IMG/VR virus record: IMGVR_UViG_3300042940_001739
DNA: 64,000 nt
Reading direction: 5' to 3' (one strand)
Origin: a virus
Taxonomy: Duplodnaviria; Heunggongvirae; Uroviricota; Caudoviricetes
Shown: positions 18,975 through 30,893 of the stretch, one piece after another
How positions within the stretch are numbered: the first letter of the stretch is position 1
Layout of the letters: each line of letters begins with the position of its first letter
Program-made: the position numbers and the translations under genes
Notes under the pieces: generated by a model
Databases searched by the model: none
The model's input: only the letters and a program-made list of their open reading frames with translations
Told to the model about the DNA's origin: nothing

Positions 18975-20330
18975 ATGATAACGGAATACGAAACACAAAA
19001 AACATTGAATCCTATACTATGGGATAGTGATCAATTACATTCTAATCTTCGTGTTGGGTTCATGAAAATTGCAAAAGCATTTTATGATTTCCTAGAAGTT
19101 GAAGCTGATATATTAGACGTAATAATTATTGGTAGTAGTGCTAATTATAATTGGACTAAACATAGTGATATTGATTTACATGTTGTAATCAATTATTTAG
19201 AAGTTGGCGATAATTTATATCTAGTAAAAAATTATATGCACGCCAAAAAAAGTATTTGGAATATAAATCATCCACTAAAATTAAAAGGCATGAACATTGA
19301 GCTTTATGCACAAGATTTAAACGAAGAGTTACATTCTTCAGTCGGAGTATATTCATTACTTCATAATAAATGGATAACAAAGCCATCTGCGGAACAAATT
19401 TCTATAGATGATTCTACAATTCAAACAAAGTCAGAACCATATGAATATGAAATTGATTCTTTAAGTATTGATGATCCTAGAATCGAACAAAAAATACAAA
19501 ACTTAAAGCAGCGATTGCGTCATCTTCGACAAACAGGACTTGACACAGCTGGGGAATATTCAATTGAAAATATGGCTTACAAACATCTACGTAATAATGG
19601 ATACTTAGAACGTTTACAATGGTTAGAAAAAAAGGTTGCAAATAGTCAACTAGCAATAGAAAATGTTGTAAATGAACTAGATATGAGCTCAGTAGCTAAT
19701 AAAACAAAAGATCAAGTAAAGAAGTTTGCTGATGCAATGAAAACTGAGACTAATGAGACAAAAATGGCTTTGAATATGCTTCTTCAACATCTTAATGGGA
19801 AAAAACTTAATGATGTTGAATGGAAGTGGGTTAGAAGTCAAATGGCTGATGTAGTTAAACTATTAGGGTTAACAACAATGGCGGTTGCCCCCGGAGGCAG
19901 CCTTGTAGCATTATTAGCTAAAGTACTTAAAATAGACAAGCACATGCTTCCTAAATCATTTTTAAAACAAGATGAGCAAGAAATAACAGAAGCATTGGAA
20001 TTACACATAAAAGGCGTAAAGAAACTAGAATCTGCAGATTGGGATAACATTGTTACAAAAACGGGAGCAATCACCGATCCCATGGGACAATGGAAACATC
20101 CAGGTAAATGCACAATGATTCCTACCATTAATGGTGCAATTACAATGCGCAACGTGTCTTATCCGGTATTAGGGATAGATGATACCGGTCATGCACTAAT
20201 GATGCACCCAGAACATGATTATCAGTTCCCAGGCCGCAATGTATTCGAAATACCACATACAGCACAATATCAAACAATGATAATGCAGTTACAAAATTCA
20301 CTTAATCAAGGTAGTATAGATGCAAAGTAA
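18975..20330 (+). CDS. Nucleotidyltransferase-domain protein (Pol-beta superfamily NTase) with large C-terminal extension
   Basis: IIGSSANYNWTKHSDIDLHVV equals the hG[GS]x9-13Dh[DE]h NTase motif. Confidence 0.5.
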   Translation: MITEYETQKTLNPILWDSDQLHSNLRVGFMKIAKAFYDFLEVEADILDVIIIGSSANYNWTKHSDIDLHVVINYLEVGDNLYLVKNYMHAKKSIWNINHPLKLKGMNIELYAQDLNEELHSSVGVYSLLHNKWITKPSAEQISIDDSTIQTKSEPYEYEIDSLSIDDPRIEQKIQNLKQRLRHLRQTGLDTAGEYSIENMAYKHLRNNGYLERLQWLEKKVANSQLAIENVVNELDMSSVANKTKDQVKKFADAMKTETNETKMALNMLLQHLNGKKLNDVEWKWVRSQMADVVKLLGLTTMAVAPGGSLVALLAKVLKIDKHMLPKSFLKQDEQEITEALELHIKGVKKLESADWDNIVTKTGAITDPMGQWKHPGKCTMIPTINGAITMRNVSYPVLGIDDTGHALMMHPEHDYQFPGRNVFEIPHTAQYQTMIMQLQNSLNQGSIDAK

Positions 20331-20494
20331 AGGCTTAGGTGACGACATTAAAAAGATTACTTCAGCAACGGGGTTAGATCAATTAGCAAAAAAGATAGCA
20401 CAACTACTAGATGAAGATTGTGGGTGTGATGACAGACAAACTTGGCTCAATGATAAAACAAAGAATTGGCCTATTTATAAAAAAAGGAATTTAG

Positions 20495-21103
20495 ATGGCA
20501 ATAATCAATAAGACCGGTATTACAAACGGCGGAACAATTCAAGCAGAACATATCACCCGGGTGATAGATGCATTGAGCGGCGTAAGTACTGATACGCTTA
20601 TTTTATCTGGGTCCATGACTGGATCATTGATAGGAACATTAACTGGTACAGCATCATTTGCTACATCAGCGTCTAGAGCAATTTCTTCTTCAATTGCTAC
20701 ATCAGCATCATTTGCAACTACTGCATCATTTGCCGCAAATGCTTCTAGTTTTCCATTTGTTGGAACAGCTCGAATAACTGGATCATTGATAGTTAGTGGA
20801 TCTAGCAACAACGCTACACTGAATACTAATACTACTACGATTACAGCTACGAATGAGATATCAATTTCAGGGTCATCGACAATCGTGCAAGGAACTGCTA
20901 GTACTACGAATTGGGTAGCTGATAAAAATTCAATTTTTAATTGGATGTCAGCAGGTGGAAATGGGTTCAATGGTCAATTAGTATTACCACAAGCACCGCC
21001 AGATAACCCAATAATAGGAACAATATATTTTACTGCTGGCGATCCTAGTTTTATTAATATTTGGGACGGCAGTATGTGGCGACAGTTCCAATCGATTGTA
21101 TAA
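20495..21103 (+). CDS. Ser/Ala/Thr-repeat protein, possibly fibre-like virion protein
   Basis: Reiterated SxATSASFA-type repeats, then a globular C-terminus. Weak. Confidence 0.3.
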   Translation: MAIINKTGITNGGTIQAEHITRVIDALSGVSTDTLILSGSMTGSLIGTLTGTASFATSASRAISSSIATSASFATTASFAANASSFPFVGTARITGSLIVSGSSNNATLNTNTTTITATNEISISGSSTIVQGTASTTNWVADKNSIFNWMSAGGNGFNGQLVLPQAPPDNPIIGTIYFTAGDPSFINIWDGSMWRQFQSIV

Positions 21104-21108
21104 TTAAA

Positions 21109-21741
21109 ATGGCATACTTAAACCATAATATACCAACAATAACATGTTACATTCGTAATGAGTATATGTTCAACCACGAAAAAGGAGAAGGCGAATACAC
21201 ATTAGCTGATGTACATAGTGTAGCTTCACTTGAAAAGCGCGTTCCATTATTTGAAGCGTTTTTAGAAAATGGAGTCAATTGGACAAGAAGACCGATCACA
21301 GCATTTTGTTGGAAAAAGACTGCACCTAAACTTCCTATAGAATATCATATGTATTGGGACTGTTTTAGTCCATATATCGATGTTCAAATACGACAAAGAC
21401 TAGCTGGGCTCCGTGCTGAGTTGATTGATTTTAAAGGCAAGAAACATGAAGGGTCGTATATGTTCACGTTAGATTGGGCGTGGGAGAATAAAGCTGGAGT
21501 TACTAATGTAAACTTTTCAGAAACTCCAGAACATAAGTGTGGTCATTTGTTTAAAATGGATGACGGAAACTTTTTTATTTATCCTAACAATAGAATCATA
21601 TGGAGAGATGATGCTTGGACTTATAAAAGAATAGATGCTAATCCTGGATATAAAATTGATATGAATGAATACAGTGTAGAAAACAAACGCAAAGTAGAAA
21701 CAGATTATTCATACATTACAGAATTTAAAGAAGTAAAATAA
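21109..21741 (+). CDS. Hypothetical protein
   Basis: ORF in the gene array. Start chosen at MAYLNHN. Confidence 0.3.
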   Translation: MAYLNHNIPTITCYIRNEYMFNHEKGEGEYTLADVHSVASLEKRVPLFEAFLENGVNWTRRPITAFCWKKTAPKLPIEYHMYWDCFSPYIDVQIRQRLAGLRAELIDFKGKKHEGSYMFTLDWAWENKAGVTNVNFSETPEHKCGHLFKMDDGNFFIYPNNRIIWRDDAWTYKRIDANPGYKIDMNEYSVENKRKVETDYSYITEFKEVK

Positions 21742-21751
21742 AGGTATTTTT

Positions 21752-22084
21752 ATGAAATTATATAATTTATTATTTGAGTCTAAACAAACTAATGATAAGT
21801 TTGAGGAATTTGCTGAAACACGTGGTAAGGGTGCTGCTAAGATAGCTTCCACTGCTGAAGAAAAAGGCGGGCTAGCATTATTAACATGGCATCATTTCAA
21901 AGTGAAAGCTTCGTATTATCGAAAAGCAACAGCAGGTAAATTTGATGTTGATTCTGCAAAAAAAGAATTTGCTGAGACTCTTAAAAAGATTTCATTAGAT
22001 ATGACGCCAATTGAATTTCAACGTGAAGTTGGACGTTTAGAAGTATTAGGCGAATTGATCATTCGAGATCAAAAGGGCAAATAA
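21752..22084 (+). CDS. Hypothetical protein
   Basis: ORF only. Confidence 0.3.
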   Translation: MKLYNLLFESKQTNDKFEEFAETRGKGAAKIASTAEEKGGLALLTWHHFKVKASYYRKATAGKFDVDSAKKEFAETLKKISLDMTPIEFQREVGRLEVLGELIIRDQKGK

Positions 22085-22121
22085 TATTTGGAATATATCA
22101 AACAATTCCTTATTATAAGTT

Positions 22122-22319
22122 ATGGATGAAAATTTTATAGATAAATTATTGGTTCAATCAATCAACCTAATGAAGGGTGACAAATGGTCATGGCCCGATG
22201 CATGGGATGATGAGCGCAAACTTCGTTTTTTGAATCAATGTTTAGCTTATGCAGAACGCAATGAATTTTATGAACAATGTGCAATAATACGAGATGTCGA
22301 AAAAACAATCAGCAAGTAA
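22122..22319 (+). CDS. Small protein with UVR (UvrB/C-like) motif
   Basis: LNQCLAYAERNEFYEQCAIIRDVEKTI resembles the UVR helical hairpin found in ClpC/McsA adaptors. Confidence 0.3.
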   Translation: MDENFIDKLLVQSINLMKGDKWSWPDAWDDERKLRFLNQCLAYAERNEFYEQCAIIRDVEKTISK

Positions 22320-22563
22320 GCGAGGTCAATGGGAATGTACATTGTTTGATGATGATGCAATACATGTAGACCACGTTATTAATTGTTTAATGGATGTTTG
22401 TGCGCATAACTATATTCAAGCAGTTCAATGTGCACATATAGTACACAATGCTGGCAAATGTAGTATATTTGTTGATGTTTGGGAAGAATGTGATGATGTT
22501 CAAAAAGAACTAGAACATTTAGGATTAAAAGTAACAGTTACGAAATATAATAAACATGTTTAA
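22294..22563 (+). CDS. ClpS-like protease adaptor
   Basis: LFDDD...HVINCLMDV...AVQCAHIVHNAGKCSIFV aligns by eye with the ClpS core (L.NDD, V...L, A...AH..G). Confidence 0.45.
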   Translation: MSKKQSASKRGQWECTLFDDDAIHVDHVINCLMDVCAHNYIQAVQCAHIVHNAGKCSIFVDVWEECDDVQKELEHLGLKVTVTKYNKHV

Positions 22564-22738
22564 TTGGATACATAAATTAAGAATTGGATTGCTACACGCA
22601 TCATATCATCGCAATCTAAAAAAAGCAGAACAAGCTCGAAAACAACATGATGTTTTAGAGTTTAAGAAATACGTTTATAAAGCAGAAGATGCTTGGCGCA
22701 AATTAGTTATATTAACAGAAAAATCAAAAAAATAAGTT

Positions 22739-23125
22739 ATGGGTAGAAAATCCGCACACACAGGAATGTCTCCGAAAGATCGTTCAATCAATTTAATGGA
22801 TAAGTTCATTACAAAGAATGCTAACCGTTTGAAAGATCAACCTGTCTTATCGGGACGTAGAAAAGATCCGAATATTCCAATTCATATGTGGCCTTTAAAA
22901 GATCAAATTGAATATTGGGATTCTAGAACCGAAGACGATGCATTTGATGACATGTACAGATCATATTCAACATGGTATTCTGAGTTAAAAAAGATATCAG
23001 GAGTGTATCCAGCTACATTCATAGACTTTACTACTAAATTAAAACCATTAATGGTTGAGATGTGGGAAAAGAAAATGATGCCTAAACAAGCAATCTTAGA
23101 ACTAAGAAAACACGGAGTATATTAA
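22739..23125 (+). CDS. Hypothetical protein
   Basis: ORF only. Confidence 0.3.
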   Translation: MGRKSAHTGMSPKDRSINLMDKFITKNANRLKDQPVLSGRRKDPNIPIHMWPLKDQIEYWDSRTEDDAFDDMYRSYSTWYSELKKISGVYPATFIDFTTKLKPLMVEMWEKKMMPKQAILELRKHGVY

Positions 23126-23682
23126 TGAGCAATCAGCCGCAATATAAGTATGTATATGGCCGAGGAAGAAGCTCGTTTGATCTTCCAGAGTCTGATATTC
23201 GATACGCAATGTCGAATACTAAATCAAATGCAGAAGCGGCTCGGTTTTTAAAAGTATCATTTACTACTTATAAAAAATATGCTAAGATGTATGTTGATAG
23301 AGATACTGAAAAGACTCTATATGATATGCATACAAATCAGGCAGGGGTTGGTATCACAAAAGATAGTCCTCGAGCAAGTTCAGGTCCATATGCAATTGAT
23401 GCAATATTGGAAGGCAAACATCCTGCGTATCCAACTTGGAAACTTCGCAATCGTTTGTTAGCATTAGGCATAATGCAGGAAGAATGTTGCTCGTGCGGAT
23501 ATCAGGAACGCAGGGTAACTGATGATACAGTACCATTGTTGTTAGACCACATAGATGGTGATGATACCAACCACTGCATTGATAATTTGCAAATGCTTTG
23601 TTTGAATTGTTATTATCAACAAACAGGCAATCCTTTCAAACAAGATAAAGAACAATATTGGAACTATAATTTAATGGAGTGA
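23125..23682 (+). CDS. HNH endonuclease
   Basis: DHIDGDDTNHCIDNLQMLCLNCY is an HNH motif with flanking Cys pairs. Confidence 0.65.
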   Translation: MSNQPQYKYVYGRGRSSFDLPESDIRYAMSNTKSNAEAARFLKVSFTTYKKYAKMYVDRDTEKTLYDMHTNQAGVGITKDSPRASSGPYAIDAILEGKHPAYPTWKLRNRLLALGIMQEECCSCGYQERRVTDDTVPLLLDHIDGDDTNHCIDNLQMLCLNCYYQQTGNPFKQDKEQYWNYNLME

Positions 23683-23693
23683 TATTTATTAAT

Positions 23694-24443
23694 ATGATAT
23701 CATTAAAAACATTGATTATAGAAGGACGTTATGATAGCATCGTAACCGAACTGTCTAGAAAACTTTTAAAGGTTGTAAAAGATAGTTATGCGTCTGTTCA
23801 AGATCCAAAAGGGATGTTTGCAGGACAGAAGACATACTTTGCTAGCAATGAACGTGCTCCTGATATCACTGATGATCAACAATATAAAGAATGTTATTTT
23901 GAAGAAATTAGCAATGACACGATCCCATTGGAGTTCTATGTAACACTTAAAGTTCAATGGCGCCAAGGAATGGGTGATATGATATCAGATGGCGGAGCTT
24001 ATAATGATACATCAAAGTCAGCTGAACAGCCTCCATTAATTGAAGTTATATTTGAATTAGATCCAGATCAGTATCCAAACATATTATCTGAGGTGTCAAT
24101 GCAATTGCGTGACATTCTTCGTCATGAAATTGAACATTTAACTCAATCGGGTTGGAACATCAAGATGAGTAAATGGCATCGTAATGATCAAGCACAACGA
24201 GATAAAATAACATTAGGCAAGATACCACAAGCAAAATACTATACACTACCTAAAGAAATACCAGCAATGATCCAAGGATTGTATATGCGAGCTAAAAAGA
24301 CTCGATTACCATTCAAAGATGTTGTAGATGCTAATTTACAAAAAGGTGTTGAGAATGGTGTAATAACTGCTGAGGAAAAAGAACAAATCAAAGCAGTATG
24401 GAGAAAGTACTTGCCAAGTTTAGGAATAACACAGGAATTATAA
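23694..24443 (+). CDS. Hypothetical protein with capsid-targeting-like N-terminal peptide (MISLKTLIIE) and HExxH motif
   Basis: N-terminus matches the MIxLKxL(L/I)xE family at 57.8-62 kb. HEIEH at ~aa 150. Class III motif gatatttattaat abuts the ATG. The track start (GTG 23679) is probably an artefact. Confidence 0.4.
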   Translation: MISLKTLIIEGRYDSIVTELSRKLLKVVKDSYASVQDPKGMFAGQKTYFASNERAPDITDDQQYKECYFEEISNDTIPLEFYVTLKVQWRQGMGDMISDGGAYNDTSKSAEQPPLIEVIFELDPDQYPNILSEVSMQLRDILRHEIEHLTQSGWNIKMSKWHRNDQAQRDKITLGKIPQAKYYTLPKEIPAMIQGLYMRAKKTRLPFKDVVDANLQKGVENGVITAEEKEQIKAVWRKYLPSLGITQEL

Positions 24444-24874
24444 TGGAATACATTGACGAAGCATGTTGGGATGGATACCAAAAGCGTGGAATGAAAAACA
24501 AAGGCGGCAAACAAGTACCTAATTGTGTAAAAGTTGAAACTGCTGATAACTATTGTTCAAGCTGTTTGATTGAAGCAATCAAATCGTGCGACGAAACCCC
24601 AGAATACATTAACTTGGTTGAACCAGGATTGAATGAAGCTGAATATCAAGGACGCAAAGTTCAATTAGGTAAACCAATGCGAGGCGATGTTAAGAAGTTC
24701 AAAGTATATGTTAAGAATGGCAAAGGCAACGTTATTAAAGTTAACTTTGGCGATCCTAATATGAGAATACGCAAAAGCAATCCTGCACGTAGACGTTCTT
24801 TTAGAGCTAGACATAAATGCGCAACAGCGAAAGATAGAACTTCAGCACGTTATTGGTCTTGCCGCAAATGGTAA
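24443..24874 (+). CDS. Cys-rich hypothetical protein with very basic C-terminus
   Basis: CxxC pairs and an RKSNPARRRSFRARHK tail. Confidence 0.3.
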   Translation: MEYIDEACWDGYQKRGMKNKGGKQVPNCVKVETADNYCSSCLIEAIKSCDETPEYINLVEPGLNEAEYQGRKVQLGKPMRGDVKKFKVYVKNGKGNVIKVNFGDPNMRIRKSNPARRRSFRARHKCATAKDRTSARYWSCRKW

Positions 24875-24920
24875 TTTGGAATTACGATAAATTTTTCTTA
24901 TTTTAAACAAAAAGGTTGGT

Positions 24921-25121
24921 ATGCAACATGTTTACACATCTTCATATAATATTGAAGAAATTTTGTACGAAGCTCACGCATATGGTTTGCGTGATCAAGT
25001 TTTAGAAACAGCTGGGCACTTAATGAACAACAACAAGTTTCATAATCTCGGCGAAGCATATCAAATGGCATTTGAACTAGTAATCAATGAATACGAAACC
25101 AAACATAGTACATCAAATTAG
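24921..25121 (+). CDS. Hypothetical small protein
   Basis: ORF only. Confidence 0.25.
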   Translation: MQHVYTSSYNIEEILYEAHAYGLRDQVLETAGHLMNNNKFHNLGEAYQMAFELVINEYETKHSTSN

Positions 25122-25298
25122 ATTGGGCGCATCTCGCGAATCTCAAAAGCAACAAGGGTTCTTCGATGGACGATTTGTTGCTAGGGTACAGGAATCTAAG
25201 AAAACATACACTCGCAAACAAAAACATAAAAATATACCAGAATAGGTTGGATTCTAGCTTTTTATTTCATATTATAATAATATAAAAATAAAAGAGCT

Positions 25299-26447
25299 AT
25301 GAATAACAAAAGATTTGGTACCATCACCGTAGATGGAAAAGTAATTGAAGTTGGAACAGGTAAGGACATTACCGGATTGTTCCGCAAAATTATGATTGAT
25401 AATGCAATCAGAGATGGGCAAGCATTATCATTCGACTTAGACAGTCAAATGGCCCGTAGAATTCCATTATCAGATATTCCTGATACGAACACAGCTCCGA
25501 AAGTTGAAGCTCCAAAGAATGTTGATCCAATATTTGCATTGATCAATAGTGCAAAAGATATTAAGCCAGCAGATCTGGAAATGTCTGACATTAAATGGAA
25601 GTATCTAGTTCGTTCAGCATTGCGTGGTAAAAATATCATGATGGTAGGACCTGCAGGATGTGGTAAGACACAAGCAGCAAAGGCATTGCCTGAGGCAACT
25701 AAAAGACCATTCTTCTATTTCAATTTAGGTGCAACTCAAGATCCAAGATCAACCCTTATTGGTAACACTCACTTTAAAGACGGACAAACCACATTTGATG
25801 AGTCAGCTTTTGTAAAAGCAATCCAAACAGAAAACGCAGTTGTGTTGCTAGATGAGTTATCACGAGCACACCCGGAAGCATGGAACATCTTAATGACTGT
25901 GCTAGATGAGGGACAACGTTACTTGCGCTTAGATGAGGATGTTAATGCACCTACAATCAAAGTAGCATCAGGAGTATCATTTATTGCAACAGCAAACATT
26001 GGTACCGAGTATACATCGACACGTGTATTAGACCGTGCATTAATGGATCGATTCGAAATCATTGAGGTTGATATCCTTAGCAAAGACCGTGAACAGGCAT
26101 TGTTAACTCTCCGTTATGGTAAAACGATCCCGGCAGATTTAATTCACGCAGTAGCAGACATTGCAGACTCGACTCGTAAAGAATGGAGATCAGAAGAAGG
26201 CAAACTTACCACAATGATATCAACTCGTATGACAGTTAGAGTATGTGAGTTGTTAGCAGATGGGTTCACATTGAATGAAGCTGCGGAAGTAGCAATTGTT
26301 CCTTTCTTTGATGCATCAGGAGGATCTGACTCAGAAAGAACCTTTGTGAAACAAATTATTCAAAAACATATGGCTACGGCCGAAAAAGATATTTTCAATA
26401 CCGGTGAGGTAGAAACGGATACAACTCCTGAATCCTTCCCATTTTAA
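25299..26447 (+). CDS. AAA+ ATPase, MoxR/CobS-like (AAA_5)
   Basis: Walker A MMVGPAGCGKT and Walker B VVLLDELSRA. Paired with a downstream vWA protein, as in phage CobS/CobT pairs. Confidence 0.6.
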   Translation: MNNKRFGTITVDGKVIEVGTGKDITGLFRKIMIDNAIRDGQALSFDLDSQMARRIPLSDIPDTNTAPKVEAPKNVDPIFALINSAKDIKPADLEMSDIKWKYLVRSALRGKNIMMVGPAGCGKTQAAKALPEATKRPFFYFNLGATQDPRSTLIGNTHFKDGQTTFDESAFVKAIQTENAVVLLDELSRAHPEAWNILMTVLDEGQRYLRLDEDVNAPTIKVASGVSFIATANIGTEYTSTRVLDRALMDRFEIIEVDILSKDREQALLTLRYGKTIPADLIHAVADIADSTRKEWRSEEGKLTTMISTRMTVRVCELLADGFTLNEAAEVAIVPFFDASGGSDSERTFVKQIIQKHMATAEKDIFNTGEVETDTTPESFPF

Positions 26448-26584
26448 TTTTCATAGCTCGAAAAGGAAAAGGAGTGAGCCGTTTAACCTGATAGGCATAA
26501 CGGTTAGTGTGTAAACAGCTCCATTTTTTTATATTTTGGTTGGATATTACTGAATAATTTCATATTATATAGAAAATAAGAGAT

Positions 26585-28696
26585 ATGGCAAAGAAAATAA
26601 GTTATAATGCATCGAGCTTTTGGTTAGATAAAGACTTTGATGTTTCATTCAAACGAGGTGCGAGTTTAGATTATACTAAATTAGCTGCAGCTCAACGAGC
26701 AATTGGCAATTTTGTTAATATTGTAACAGGCAAACAAATTCCAGTACAATTTCAAAGCAATGATGCTAGCTTCACAGACGGAGAGCGTGTTACCATCGGA
26801 ACTAACTTAGAAGAAGGAAACTTCGACCCAGCAGTTGGTTTAGCACTACACGAAGGGTCGCACATTGCGTATACAGACTTTTCATTGTTCAAAGGAGCAA
26901 GAAGCTTATCTAGTTCAGACTTTGCAAGACACGTTCGTTTAAGAGGCTTAGATCCGGATATGACAATGACTGACAGTCATTTTAGTATCATCAAAGATTT
27001 ATTGAATTGGATCGAGGATCGTCGCATCGACTTTAAAGTATATACACAAGCCCCAGGATACCGTATGTATTATGAAGCAATGTATAACAAATACTTTAAT
27101 GATAAAGCAATTGATAAAGCATTAGTTGCTGGTACTAAGAATAAAGAGAATTTAGATTGTTACCTTTTCCACATCATTAACTTTACTAATGTTAATAGAG
27201 ACTTAGATGCATTGACTAAATTGCGTGACATTTGGAACTTGATTGATCTTAAGAATATTGATCGTCTAGACACAACTATTGACGCCTTAGATTTAGCGTG
27301 TGATGTATATAAAATTATTAAACCTGTTATCAAACAAGAATCACAAGACGAAGTAAGTGATGTTTTCAAACAAAATGGTATGTTTGATGATGTTACAGGC
27401 AGCAGCACTGGTGCAGGCGAGAGTAATGAATCTACGGAAAGTAATGATGATGAAAATCAATCCGGTAGCGGAAGCGGCAGTGGCATTGGTAATGATTCTA
27501 ATGAAGACGATCAAGCTGAAGAAGGTATTGGCGATGGATTAGGTGATGACACAGAAGACGATATTGACCCTAAAGGATCTAATAAACACCGAAGTGATCT
27601 TAAGAAGTTAGAAAAAGCAATTCAATCTCAAAAAGACTTCTTACGAGGTAATGCTAAAAAGACAGGTCGATTATCAAAAAGCCAATCTAGATTAGTTAAT
27701 GCAATGCGTGAATCGGGTACTGAGTCTAGAGGTGTTGCTACCGACGGAAGTGGTACAATGAATGAAGTTCAGACAGTTGTGATTAAGAAATTAACACCTG
27801 CTGTGATTTGTGCAATGCCTGATTTGTTTGCAAGTGATGCAAAATATTATGCAGGAGAAGGACGACCGTTATCAGAAACTAGTTATAGTAGTCGCAAGAT
27901 TATTAATATGCAAGAAGCTGTCAATCGTGGATTGATTCTAGGGAAACAATTAGGAAATAAGTTGCAATTAAGAAATGCTGATAAGACATTGAAATCAACA
28001 CGTTTACAAGCAGGTAAGATTGATAGAAGATTGATTTCTCAGTTAGGATATGATAATGCGAATGTATTTCATAGAATCGTAACGGATCGATTCAAAAATT
28101 ATTTTATTCATATTTCAATTGATGCATCAGGATCAATGTCTGGAGATAAAATGCATGATGCAATGACAAGTGCAGTAGCAATTGCTCAAGCAGCGTCTAT
28201 GACAACAGGCATTAGAGTTCAGATATCATTCCGAGGAACTAGTAGTAGTTTGTCTAATAAAGAACAATGTGTAACCATTTATGCATATGATTCAGCTCAT
28301 GACAAAATTACAAAGATTCGTTCATTGTTTAAGTATATTAGTGACTTTGGTTGTACGCCAGAAGGATTGTCATTTAAAAGTATTATCAATGACATCAAAA
28401 AAGATGCACGAGGAGATGAATTGATTTTTATTAATTATTCAGATGGTGCACCAACGAGTGTATCTGGAGTAGCTCATTCATATAACGGAGTAGAATTTAC
28501 TAGAAAGGTTATTACAGAAATGAGACAGTTAGGTATCAACATCATTAGTTATTTCATTTACAGTGGCAACATATATAGTGAAGACAAACGAGCATTTAAC
28601 ACAATGTATGGACCGGATGCTAAATTTATTCGTCCCGATTCAATGACTGATATTAGTAAAACAATCAACGCTAAATTTTTAGAACTAGCAAAATAA
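26585..28696 (+). CDS. CobT-like protein with C-terminal von Willebrand factor A domain
   Basis: MIDAS motif DASGSMSGDK in the C-terminal third, plus an acidic low-complexity segment (DDENQSGSGSGSGIGNDSNEDD). Confidence 0.55.
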   Translation: MAKKISYNASSFWLDKDFDVSFKRGASLDYTKLAAAQRAIGNFVNIVTGKQIPVQFQSNDASFTDGERVTIGTNLEEGNFDPAVGLALHEGSHIAYTDFSLFKGARSLSSSDFARHVRLRGLDPDMTMTDSHFSIIKDLLNWIEDRRIDFKVYTQAPGYRMYYEAMYNKYFNDKAIDKALVAGTKNKENLDCYLFHIINFTNVNRDLDALTKLRDIWNLIDLKNIDRLDTTIDALDLACDVYKIIKPVIKQESQDEVSDVFKQNGMFDDVTGSSTGAGESNESTESNDDENQSGSGSGSGIGNDSNEDDQAEEGIGDGLGDDTEDDIDPKGSNKHRSDLKKLEKAIQSQKDFLRGNAKKTGRLSKSQSRLVNAMRESGTESRGVATDGSGTMNEVQTVVIKKLTPAVICAMPDLFASDAKYYAGEGRPLSETSYSSRKIINMQEAVNRGLILGKQLGNKLQLRNADKTLKSTRLQAGKIDRRLISQLGYDNANVFHRIVTDRFKNYFIHISIDASGSMSGDKMHDAMTSAVAIAQAASMTTGIRVQISFRGTSSSLSNKEQCVTIYAYDSAHDKITKIRSLFKYISDFGCTPEGLSFKSIINDIKKDARGDELIFINYSDGAPTSVSGVAHSYNGVEFTRKVITEMRQLGINIISYFIYSGNIYSEDKRAFNTMYGPDAKFIRPDSMTDISKTINAKFLELAK

Positions 28697-28697
28697 T

Positions 28698-29231
28698 ATG
28701 ACGACACACAGACAACAAAAGAACGGCCGGGTCATTATGATGCCGGTCTTTGTTTCCAATCACATCACGGATGAAATGATTGAGTTATTCCTGCAATCAG
28801 GAGAAGCAATGACTATTAATGCAGGAAAGCTATCAGAGCAAGTAGTTCTTCCATATCTAGAAAATTATTTTAATTGCCCGGGACAAGTAGTTGATGCTGA
28901 TGGCTATGATCATTTGTTTGGTACGCATCGCAATGAACACAAAAAGTTAGCAGTAAGAAAGACATCAGCAAGTGCAAAGAATATTGGAGAAAACAAACGA
29001 GGAAAGTGTGATTCAATATCATTTCATCATCCAGGTGCTAATGCAATCTTTGTTATTAATTCAGAAACATTCTATGAACATGTAATTTTGAATTATGATA
29101 AAACAGGTAACTGTTGGGATGTAAACTTTTATCAGGATATGGCACTAGAAGGCAAAGGTAAAAGAATCGGCTGTAATGCTTGGAAAAACACGGAAATGTT
29201 ATTAAAATATGCTAATAAAATTGCATTGTAA
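28698..29231 (+). CDS. Hypothetical protein
   Basis: ORF only. Start may be at internal Met 28737. Confidence 0.3.
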   Translation: MTTHRQQKNGRVIMMPVFVSNHITDEMIELFLQSGEAMTINAGKLSEQVVLPYLENYFNCPGQVVDADGYDHLFGTHRNEHKKLAVRKTSASAKNIGENKRGKCDSISFHHPGANAIFVINSETFYEHVILNYDKTGNCWDVNFYQDMALEGKGKRIGCNAWKNTEMLLKYANKIAL

Positions 29232-29264
29232 TATTTATATAAAACAGTTATAAAAGGAAAATAA

Positions 29265-30892
<1,628 letters not shown>

Positions 30893-30893
<1 letters not shown>

